Shown here piece by piece: positions 1 to 8,549 of a stretch of DNA of 13,643 nucleotides (position 1 is its first letter; every line of letters starts with the position of its first letter). The translations under genes were made by a program, and so were the position numbers. The stretch lies in contig NW_021826099.1 in the NCBI RefSeq assembly GCF_006345805.1, positions 1-13,643 on the forward strand, written 5' to 3'. The stretch is from Octopus sinensis. Its lineage: Eukaryota. The notes under the pieces were generated by a model. The model was not told the DNA's origin and did no database searches. It worked only from the letters and a program-made list of their open reading frames with translations.

Positions 1-145
1 CTTTCAGTTTCTGCCTAAATCCACTCACAAGGCTTTGGTCAACCTAAGGCTATAGTAGAAGACACTCACCTATGGTGCCATGCAGTAGAACTGAACCTGG
101 AATCATATGGTTTCAAAGCAAACTTCTTACCACACAGCCATGCCT
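1..145 (-). mobile_element. tRNA-head SINE, family A (5' half, cut by window edge)
   Basis: Reverse complement aligns with the first ~150 nt of the + strand copies at 2242-2602 and 10373-10764 (GGCTGTGTGG...GGTTCAGTTC...CTATAGCC...TTGTGAGTGGATTT...GAAACTGAAAG). Confidence 0.85.
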
Positions 146-449
146 ACACCCAATATATTAAAATTTTTACAGAAATTTATGGAAATTATATCGGACTTTC
201 AGACACCATCAGTCATGTTTCCACTCACTAATAACACAATGTCCCATTCATAATCTAAACCCCACAAAAAAATTTCTTCTGTTATTTTGAAAATCTACTT
301 AAAATATATGTATTGTTACAAAGCTTATATAAATTATTTCTAAGAAAATTCACACCTCTTCTAAACACCCAACACTAAACATTTTCCTCACTATTGTAAG
401 CTCACGATACCTTCAAAGAAGGTACTACTAGCCAAAGAGTACCACTGCT

Positions 450-678
450 TTAGCCCATTAGCCTATAAACCACCCATATCTGGTCCAAATATTCTACGTG
501 TTTTACGTTCAAACTAGGCAGATCCAGCCTCTCACACCTACCTTACAATGTCATTCTAAAAATAAACAATCACATCAATGAAATCTTGAAGCTATGAGAT
601 AATGCACAATTAGTTCAAAATAATGTGAATAAATAGGCATTAACATTTGATACAGTAATTTGAATGATAATGGTTTAA
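450..678. mobile_element. TTAA-ended piggyBac-type MITE, family P1 (diverged full-length copy)
   Basis: Colinear with 9383-9606 over the whole length. Degenerate termini TTAG-CCCATTAGC ... GAATGATAATGG-TTAA. No coding capacity. Confidence 0.7.
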
Positions 679-699
679 ACCCAAGTATTTATCAATAAA

Positions 700-825
700 C
701 TAACAATGATATTATTAATCTGGTGTTTGGAACATAAATTACCAAGAAATTTTGATGGATGGCTTTAATTTACATGATGGTAGAATTAAGGGTGGTCTGA
801 AAGCAGGTTGGTATCAAAAGATTAA
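700..825. mobile_element. TTAA-ended MITE, family P2 (fragment)
   Basis: TGGTGTTTGGAACATAAATT...GAAATTTTGATGGATGG is the reverse complement of the repeats at 11988-12255. Ends GGTATCAAAAGA-TTAA. Confidence 0.55.
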
Positions 826-962
826 CTTAATTTAATCAATTTAACTTATCTTTAATCTTTGAAATCTTATTCCTCACTTTTACTTGTTTTCTCTAATACT
901 TTATTAGTCTTTCAATCTTTAAATTAATAGTTTAAAATTTTCATACATAATCTGGTGCCCTT

Positions 963-1572
963 CATCATCATTGTTCAACCGTGGTCGAGACAATGGAATT
1001 TACTATGTTACGCCAGACTTCACAATCCATCATAGCATTACGGAGGTCCTGTTGCTGGATGCCTGTATCCCTGGAGATTACATCAGGGTAGGAGAGTGTG
1101 CGCCCTCTGGTATTGCGAGTAGATGGCTTCCAGAGGAGAAGAGTAGAAATTACCTCGTTTTCAGCTCTACAACAATATCTAGCAAACTGGACTCTCCTAC
1201 CTTTCACAAGAGATGATACAGGTGGTAGTTTCAGTTTCCCATATATTTGTACTTTGGTTGGATGACGCTTCCACGAGAGATTTTGAGCTCTCATAAGGAG
1301 GCGAGTGTAAGTTCCATCCAACCGCCTCTCAAGCTTCTTTGATAACGTCCAGGTTTCTGAGCCATAGAGTAGAATTGGTTCGACTGTGGCTTTGAAGATT
1401 TTAAGTTTGAAATCTCTACTTAGATTTGATGACCAGGTCTTATGCATATTATTTACAGGCTGACCAGGCCATACCCTTTCTAATTAGAAAATCTTTTTCA
1501 GATGATGATACGTATGACCCAAGATATTTGTAATCAGAAACATATTTAAGAGCGTATTGTTGAGAGTATTGA
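963..1572 (-). mobile_element. 5'-truncated RTE-clade non-LTR retrotransposon (post-RT/thumb and C-terminal region), dead copy with 9-bp TSD
   Basis: Translation LKYVSDYKYLGSYVSSSEKDFLIRKGMAWSAC/HKTWSSNLSRDFKLKIFKATVEPILLYGSETWTL...WRNIV is typical of RTE-group ORF C-termini. There is a stop plus 1-nt frameshift at 1448-1451. The final stop runs into a (TGA)3 tail. Direct repeat GGTGCCCTT at 954-962 and 1573-1581. Confidence 0.85.
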
Positions 1573-1581
1573 GGTGCCCTT

Positions 1582-1918
1582 GGGGTAAAGACGCCGCTTC
1601 GGTCATGAATGACGATAGGACTGCACCTAGAAAGTTCCCCTCCAAGGCACAAGTCAAGGCAAGATGGTTTTATAGAAGACCTGTAGTTGCTCATACATAC
1701 CAGCCTCCGCTCTCCATGCCATCAATGTCATCCTAGGGAAAGGCAAAGGAGCTGATACAGCTTGGCACCAGTGATGTCACAACTCATTTCTACAGATAAA
1801 TAAACTGAGCAACGTGGAATAAAGTATCTTGTTCACAAATATTACACACAACCCGGTGCAAGAATCAAACACACTACCTCATGATTGTGAGCCCAACACT
1901 AACTATTTAGCCATGTGT
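1582..1918 (-). mobile_element. tRNA-head SINE, family D
   Basis: Minus strand begins with a degenerate tRNA-like head (A-box-like ACATGGCTAAATAG, B-box-like GTTTGATTC). It has a CORE/V-like central box (TGAACAAGATACTTTATTCCACGTTGCTCAGTT) and a TTTACCCC tail. Family assignment is from recall of cephalopod SINEs. Confidence 0.7.
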
Positions 1919-2241
1919 AGTATCACATTATAATAACCAACTTTTTTAACTTAGATTATCTTTCCCACATAACTTTTTCAGTTTTTTTTTTTGTTTAATT
2001 GCCTCTAATTTCAATTTAATTTAATTTTGCACTTTAGCTGAGTATTCTTCCCCCCACCATACATTCCCCCTTTATTTTAAACATAACAGCTACATACATT
2101 TATAGAAGATCATTATAGTTGGCTTGAGGCATTTTGATACAAAAGTAAAATAACAAAATAATAAAGACAGAGCACGAACAATGCAGAAAAGCAAAAGCTG
2201 AGTAACCTTTATAGATTTCATGCACAAAGGTTCATCATCAT

Positions 2242-2602
2242 TACCAACTACATGGTTCTAGGTTCAGTCCCACTGCATGGTCCCTGGGCAAGTATCTTCT
2301 ACTATAGCCTCAGGCTGACCAAAGCCTTGTGAGTGGATTTGGTAGACGGAAACTGAAAGAAGCCCGTCGCATATATATGTGTGTGTGTGTGTGTGTCTGT
2401 GTTTTTGTCTCCCCACCATCACTTGACAACCGATGTTGGTGTGTTTACGTCCCCATAACTTAGCGGTTCGGCAAAAAAAAAAAACAACCAATAGAATAAG
2501 TACTAGGCTTACAAAGAATAAGTCCTGGGATCAATTTGGTCAACAAAAGACAGTGCTCCAGCATGGCTGCAGTCCAAAATGACCGAACAAGTAAAAGAAT
2601 AA
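2242..2602 (+). mobile_element. tRNA-head SINE, family A (5'-truncated, internal TA/TG microsatellite)
   Basis: Colinear with 10373-10764, including the internal microsatellite and the AAGTAAAAGA tail. Confidence 0.9.
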
Positions 2603-2723
2603 CCTATACGGTACATATGTAAACAAGCAGTCATTTTATTTATATTCTCAACAATTACAGTATCAACAGAAAACAGGAGCTACTTATTGCATACAACGAC
2701 TTCTTTCTTTCTGTTTTCATTTA

Positions 2724-3450
2724 TTAACCCACTAGCAGTATCGCCCGGCGTTGCTCAAGTTGTAAGGGAAATAACTATATAAGCATTTTTTAGAGAGTTA
2801 CTTCCCTTATAGATGCCAATTCGGCTTTCTTAGCCATTTCTGTTTTGGTGTCTTCAAGCCATGAAGTCGTTGTTCTAAAAGAACGCTGGTCTCCTTGACA
2901 ACGCTTTACGACGTTGATTTCCTTAAACTCCCTTCCCCACAGCTTCACGAGGGAGGGAAGAAGGGGGAGAAGCAAACAGGTGCAGCTGTGAGCGTGGATG
3001 CCAACCGCCGCCATCGACACACACCGAAAAATTATGCATTAAAATGGAATAAAAAATGATGATAAATTATTTTTAAAACCGTAGACTCATTGTAGCGGCG
3101 CGCTAATACTCAGACGGGCTCGATATGAATCACGACTATAAGATACCCGAATTTGTTAAACTGCACCGCAAAATGTGGGAGTAGTTAGGATCTAAATCGA
3201 AGGGACAGACACTCACACAACTACAGTTTTATATATATAGCTTACTGTTCGGATTATTCTACCAAAATTAAGGTTTTTTTCATCCACATTGCCTTGAACT
3301 AATCAGGCATTATCTTGTAGCTTTGAGATTTTGATGAGGTAGCTGTTAATTTTTTAAATGATATTGTAGGGTTGGTGTGAGAGACCAGATCTGGCCAGTT
3401 TGAACATAAAACAGGGAGAATACTTATGGCCGGTTTTTGTCTAAAGATTA
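2724..3450. mobile_element. MITE family P1 copy (opposite orientation) interrupted by a Helitron after its 8th base
   Basis: TTAACCCA (2724-2731) joined to 3242-3450 (TTACTGTTCGGATTATTCT...GGCCGGTTTTTGTCTAAAGATTA) matches the reverse complement of 9383-9606. Confidence 0.75.
2732..3241 (-). mobile_element. Non-autonomous Helitron (~510 bp)
   Basis: Minus-strand 3' end is a degenerate GC hairpin (CTTGAGCAACGCCGGG) ~10 nt before CTAG|T. The 5' end is A|GCTATATATA (canonical TC with one change). Inserted between A and T with no TSD, and removal restores the MITE terminus. Confidence 0.8.
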
Positions 3451-3743
3451 TACATACTTCTAATATTCCATTTAAAAAATTCCACCATTTACCATTGTGA
3501 TAGAAATATCTTTATTTCTTGTATTTATTTATTTATTCAATTTATACCATAAAATCTAACAGTATTACACCATTTAATGGTAATCTTAAGAAAAAAATAA
3601 GCTGTTACAGAGCAGACAATTTTTATGGGGGGAAAAATGTTTTAAATACTCCAATTACGCTATAAAATTTGTACTTACTAAGAGACATCAAAGTATGTTT
3701 AGTGCTGATGCTTGTAATGTTTTTGTTGTTACTAGTTCTGATA

Positions 3744-4150
3744 TCACCGTGAACACCGTGACCGACCAGGCTATAAGATGTTGCTACACATCACTGGTCA
3801 CAATGCGCTTTGCACTGTTTTAGCCTTCAAGTGACGCCACCCCACTGGCTAAGTATGAATCAAAAGTGTCATTGGGTGAAAAAATGTGTACATAATGATA
3901 ACAGTGTACTTACTCTCAATGACATTGGGAAGGAAATATAGAAACACAAAAATGAGCAGGCCAACAGAAGACAGAGTGAGAGAAAGTTGTGGCGAAAGAG
4001 TACAGCAGGGATCGCCACCACCCCCTGCCGGAGCCTCGTGGAGCTTTAGGTGTTTTCGCTCAATAAACACTCACAATGCCCGGTCTGGGAATCAAAACTG
4101 CAATCCTACAACCACGAGTCCACTGCCCTAAACACTGGGCCATTGCACCT
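3744..4150 (-). mobile_element. tRNA-head SINE, family E, split by a 99-bp insert at 3855-3953
   Basis: Minus-strand head AGGTGCAATGGCCCAGTGTTTAGGGCAGTGGACTCG...GTTTTGATTCCCAG has A/B-box-like motifs. The body is GC-rich and the tail is a short CACCGTGA duplication. Continuity of the two halves rests on recalled family consensus. Confidence 0.7.
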
Positions 4151-4371
4151 ACAGTTTTGATATAATTTGTTTTTAACAGATATAAATAATAGCATGTAAA
4201 TATCAGGTTAGAAACCCCCTTTAGGATAGAAGTAAGTCGTTGAAGGCTCCTCACAGGACTTAAGTCCACATCTGTAAACATGATGGAACAGCTTTCAACT
4301 TTTCCTATCCAAAAGGATTTTGAATTCAATATTTACATGCTATTATTTACAGCTTTATCAATGGCAATGAG

Positions 4372-4632
4372 CAAGTAGAATTGTTAGCAAATCAGACAAA
4401 ATGCTTTGTAGTATTTCTTACGGTGAGCTGGCAGAAACGTTAGCACACTGGGTGAAATGCAAAGCCGTATTTCATCTGCTGTCACGCTGTGAGTTCAAAT
4501 TCCACCTAGGTTGACTTTGCCTTTCATCCTTTCGGAGTCAATAAATTAAGTACCAGTTATGCACTGGGGTCGATATAATCGACTTAATCCCTTTGTCTGT
4601 CCTTGTTTGTCCTCTCTGTGTTTAGCCCTTCC
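4372..4632 (+). mobile_element. SINE family B (4421-4632) preceded by a degenerate head of the same family (4372-4420)
   Basis: 4421-4632 is colinear with 5267-5500 (GAGCTGGCAGAAACGTTAGCAC...GAGTTCAAATTCC...TTTGCCTTTCAT...AAGTACCAGTT...TTTAGCCC). 4372-4420 repeats the head motif AGAATTGTTAGC...AAATGCTT...GTATTTC. Confidence 0.85.
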
Positions 4633-5266
4633 CTCCATAATTGTCTTTTTCTAATTCTTATTCACTACACTTCTTTATCCAGGTATTTTTCTCTTCTTTC
4701 TCACTGTCTCTCGATCCCCCTCGATGCACGTGTCTCAGATAAAAATCTGTGTGAAATAAAAATATATGGCAAACTCTTGGGCTAAATAAAAAAACCAAAT
4801 CCCTCCTCATCCTACGCTATTTTTGCAAAACATTGAAAATCTGTCCTTAACATCTGTTCACGAAATGCAAGATAGAAAATCAAAAAATAAAATATAAGGG
4901 TAATTAAAGGAAAATAAAAAAAGAAACTAACACATTCGGAGTAGAATAGTACCCTCTTATTCTGACTCATCTTTATTACTACCTGTCACATGACCCCCTA
5001 CCCTAATTCTTCTATCATTCACTGTTTTTATTTATCACATCCCACAATCACATCTTCCATCACTCTGGTTCCCTCCTGTCACACTCTCCTTTTCTTAACA
5101 CATTACTCATGCTAGTTTTTACATTCAATTTCCTTAACAACATCAAATATGTAACTGTTTACCTCTCTAGTGTTGGTGTTACAATAAAATCGAGGCGGGC
5201 TTTAGGAAGGTCATGCAACCATAGAAACCATATTATAAATGCAGTAACATTTAGGGCACATTTTTA

Positions 5267-5500
5267 GGGCGGCAAGCTGGCAGAAACGTTAGCACACCGG
5301 GCGAAATGCTTAGTGGTATTTTGTCTGTCTTTACATTCTGAGTTCAAATTCCGCTGAGGTTGAATTTGCCTTTCATGCTTTCGAGGTCAATAAATTAAGT
5401 ACCAGTTACGCACTGGGATCGATGTAATCAACTTAATCCCTTTGTCTGTCCTTGTTTGTCCCTTCTATGTTTAGCCCCTTATGGGAAATAAAGAAATAAG
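5267..5500 (+). mobile_element. SINE family B, full-length copy
   Basis: Colinear with 4421-4632. B-box-like GAGTTCAAATTCC. A-rich tail AATAAAGAAATAAGAAA. Confidence 0.9.
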
Positions 5501-5678
5501 AAAGCATATTAAAAATGCGAAGTTCAAGTGAAATATGGTCTAAAAGAACAAACTCAGTCTATGCACCATCCCTTGCTAATTGCTGTTGACTTGCTATGAA
5601 GTATTCCCATCTTGTACATTCCTTTCCTTTTATAAAGATGTAGTTCCTCTGAACCATGGGTTCTCTAAATGATAAAAA

Positions 5679-5914
5679 CATAAAAAGCACCATTCAAGCA
5701 TTGGGCCTCATGGAGGCAATGTGGTCAATGCCAGTTCATGTAACTGGCACCTATTACACTCTTGGAGTGATTGGTGTTAGGAAGGGCATCCAGCTGTAGA
5801 AACCATGACAAATCAGACTGGAGCTTGGTGCAGCGCTCTGGCTTACCAGTTTTCAGTCAAACCATCTAACCCATGCCAGCATGGAAAGTAGACACTAAAT
5901 GATGATGATGATGA
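5679..5914 (+). mobile_element. SINE family C, 3' part with (GAT)n tail
   Basis: Colinear with 9804-10054 (TACACTCTTGGAGTG..TTAGGAAGG..ATCCAGCTGTAGAAAC...AACCCATGCCAGCATGGAAA...GATGATGATG). Confidence 0.85.
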
Positions 5915-6005
5915 GGGCTCCACAATTCTACAAAGTACCCCTTAGGGATGATGTACAACAAAGCATCACAGCACACACAATATGAGAACATGCATATTTT
6001 TTGTT

Positions 6006-6125
6006 TGGCTTTAGGAAAGACATCCAGTTGCAGAAACCATGCCAAAGCTGACATACAGCAAGATGTCTTCCAGCAGGTGACCAAATCCTGTCTGAATCAT
6101 CGAATGCATGCCAGTATGGGACGCG
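6006..6125 (+). mobile_element. Degenerate SINE family C fragment
   Basis: TTAGGAAAGACATCCAGTTGCAGAAACCATGCC and CATGCCAGTATGG match motifs of 5679-5914. Confidence 0.5.
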
Positions 6126-6134
6126 GGTGCCAAG

Positions 6135-6262
6135 CGACTTCTTGAGACGGGTAAGACTGGTGTGGTTAAAGTTCCACCTCAAAATAGATGCAAGGTGATG
6201 GTTACAGGAAAGACTTACAACAGGGTTTTCAAGAGGGATGAAGGAGCAACCTAAATAGTAGT
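6135..6262 (-). mobile_element. Possible decayed CR1/L2-group LINE ORF C-terminus
   Basis: Minus strand GTC TTT CCT GTA ACC ATC ACC TTG CAT CTA TTT (VFPVTITLHLF) resembles the LWNSLP..VFP...L..FK end of CR1/L2-group ORF2. The match is short and interrupted by stops. Confidence 0.3.
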
Positions 6263-6276
6263 TGTTGAGTAGGGGT

Positions 6277-6897
6277 CATCATCATCATTGTTTAACGTCC
6301 AATTTCCATGCTAGCATGGGTTGGACGATTTTTGACTGAGGGCTGGCGAACCAGATGGCTGCACCAGGCTCCAATCTGATCCAGCATGGGATAAAAATTT
6401 AATGGAAAAAAAGTGAAGGACATGATTTTAGTTAACCAATTATCATCATCATCATCATCATTGTTTAACGTCCGCTTTCCATGCTAGCATGGGTTGGACA
6501 ATTTTGACTGAGGGCTGGCGAACCAGATGGCTGCACCAGGCTCCAATCTGATCCAGCATGGGATAAAAATTTAATTGGAAAAAAGTGAAGGACATGATTT
6601 TAGTTATCCAATCATCATCATCATCGTTTAACGTCTGCTTTCCATGCTAGCATGGGTTGGACGATTTTGACTGAGGGCTGGCGAACCAGATGGCTGCACC
6701 AGGCTCCAATCTGATCCAGCATGGGATAAAAATTTAATTGGAAAAAAGTGAAGGACATGATTTTAGTAACAATTCTCATCATCATCATCATTGTTTAACG
6801 TCCGATTTCCCTGCTAGCATGGGTTGGACGATTTTGACTGAGGGCCGGCTGCGACGAACCAGATGGCTGCACCAGGCTCCAGTCTTGATCTGGCAGA
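6277..6897 (-). repeat. Tandem array: 4 SINE-C 3' tails (~105-120 nt) separated by 3 copies of a ~60-nt linker, period 164-169 bp, flanked by a TSD
   Basis: Tails start at 6277, 6443, 6612 and 6776; linkers at 6381-6442, 6553-6611 and 6716-6775. Flanks GAGTAGGGGT (6267-6276) and GAATAGGGGT (6898-6907). Confidence 0.95.
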
Positions 6898-7197
6898 GAA
6901 TAGGGGTGGCGAATAATATAGGTGAGAGGAGGAAAAAAGATGAGTGAGTAAAGAATGCACAAGAAGAGAGAGAGGAATAAGAGTGTGGTAGTTAGTGGCA
7001 GCAACAACCAGAACTGTATGCATAGAATAAGAAGTTACTGTACAATAAGTTTTCTTTATTCCCATTAATGCTTAGACTGAATATTTTACAGTTGTTCCAG
7101 CAAAAGATAAGGAATTAAAGAGAACTATACAAGATTCTAAAACTGAACATGCCTCTGTGAATGTGGGAGTATTCACTGAATGTACATTTGTCTGCAC

Positions 7198-7545
7198 AGT
7201 GTTATTTTGCGTGTGTGTGTATGTGTGTGTGTGTGCAGGCATGCATGCAGTGTTATTCTGTAATGTAGTGTGTGCATGCATAGTGTTATTCCATGTGTGC
7301 ATGTGTATACAGTGTTATTCTCTGTGTGTGTGTGTATGCATATGTGCATGCATGCATGTGAGTGTATGTAATGTTATTCTCTGTATGTGTGTGTGTGTGT
7401 GTGTGTGTGCATGTGTGTAGTGTTATTCTGTGTGTGCACGCATGAGTGTGCACAATGTTATCCTGTGTGTGTGTGTGTGTGTGTATGTGTGCAGTGTAAT
7501 TCTATGTGGGTGCATGCGTGTGTATAGGTGTGCTTGTATGTTTAG
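7198..7545. repeat. Compound (TG/TGCA)n minisatellite punctuated by 8 copies of A(G/A)TGTTATTC
   Basis: Anchors at 7198, 7249, 7282, 7311, 7370, 7419, 7454 and 7493, separated by low-complexity TG/CA tracts. Confidence 0.9.
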
Positions 7546-8199
7546 TGCTGTGCTTTTAGATACTCTGGTTTTCTTCCAGTACTTTGGCAGATATATGCAA
7601 TTCTAAATTTGTTGCAAATTTAACCAAATATTATTCCACAATTGGATGTTGAACCTGTTAAAAGCTCAAACAGCCATTATAGTGCATTCCTAGAGAACAT
7701 TTTTAAGAATGTATAGTCAGTCATTGATAGCATGGTTGTCTGACTAGCTTATCAGCAGAACTAGAAGAGAATAAAAGACTAGTTTGTTTATTCTGATGCA
7801 ACAAGGCGGTGAGGATGTCACAGATTATAAAGAACCTTAATCCCTATGCTTAAAGGGATGAAATTCTTTAAAAAAAAAAAAACAAGAATCTAAGAATTAC
7901 TAGTATTCTGGAAGTATAAACTTTAATTTGAAATATCAAAATAATTATGGCTTATACTGATGGTAGGGTGGTTAATGTATTGGTCTACTAATAACAATTA
8001 CTGTTTTAAATTTTATTATTTAAAAATCTGGAATTTTGAGAAAACAAAAGACAATGATGAGTAAAATGGAAGAGTAAATTAAATAGATTTAACGAAAATT
8101 TGGAGACTGGAAACCCCAATTAAATGTAATTATAACATTTAAATACAAAGAAACAAAAATAAAAAGAAAGATAAAAAAGGATAAGAAAGAAAAGAAAAA

Positions 8200-8549
8200 A
8201 AAGTGAGGGTAAAGCAGCAGAAGATGGAGGGGGAGAGGGCAATGGGCCACATACCCCAGATCAAATGGTATACTCAGCCATGCCCCACAGTAAATGAAGA
8301 GAATGGCCAGCAGTACTTGCTGCAGCAACCACTCAAACTTGTAGGGCTCATTTCTCAACAGACAGTCGTTATCCCTATTTTGCAGAGAAAATCAATAGTA
8401 CAGGGTCCTAGAACACCTGACGTCTCAACAGTGACTAGCACAAACTGATAGTAGCCAGTCAGGCACCTGTATTTATTGATTTTCTTCTCCTCTGCATTAC
8501 AGGCAGCGACAGCCAGGTCTGCAGGCAATGCTACAAGGTTGGAGCTGAA
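8200..8549 (-). mobile_element. CRE-clade (RLE) non-LTR retrotransposon, distal endonuclease/C-terminal region and 3' UTR, dead copy
   Basis: Minus strand SSNL...AVAACNAEEKKINKYRCLTGYYQFVLVTVETSGVLGPCTIDFLCKIG, then frameshifted RNEPYKFEWLLQQVLLAIL. This matches the CRE pattern AA..AE..K..KY..L...Y.F.P..VET.G..GP...FL..IG ... L.QR.S.AI.RGN. The lower boundary is approximate. Confidence 0.8.

Noticed and set aside
968-1447. 159-aa ORF as an intact gene
   Set aside because: It is the tail of a 5'-truncated RTE ORF, with a stop and frameshift just upstream and a flanking TSD.
2790-3020. 76-aa ORF as a RepHel or host gene
   Set aside because: No HUH or helicase motif, no recognisable domain, and it lies wholly within a 510-bp non-autonomous element.
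4225-4231. 7-nt microexon (CCCCCTTTAG|GATAGAA|GTAAGT)
   Set aside because: The splice-like flanks are good, but there is no partner exon or transcript evidence, and such motifs arise by chance in 13 kb.
6277-6897. Array as CRISPR or as a hammerhead retrozyme array
   Set aside because: The linkers are copies of each other rather than unique spacers, and there are no cas genes. The closest core is CUGAGGG...GAAC (A9 and A15.1 wrong), and the minus strand has no CUGANGA.
7072-7420. ORFs 7072-7302 and 7157-7420
   Set aside because: Translations of TG/CA microsatellite (CVCV, HTHT).
7198-7502. CRISPR array or miRNA-sponge array
   Set aside because: The repeats are only 10 nt and the spacers are microsatellite. 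CAGTGTTA matches the vertebrate miR-141/200a seed, but the protostome miR-8 seed site is CAGTATTA, and there is no evidence of transcription.
7840-8200. TSD or poly(A) end for the CRE element (GCTTAAAGGGATGAAA at ~7848 versus GCTAAAGTTATGAAA at ~8691)
   Set aside because: The similarity is partial, in AT-rich DNA, and far from the last recognisable element sequence.
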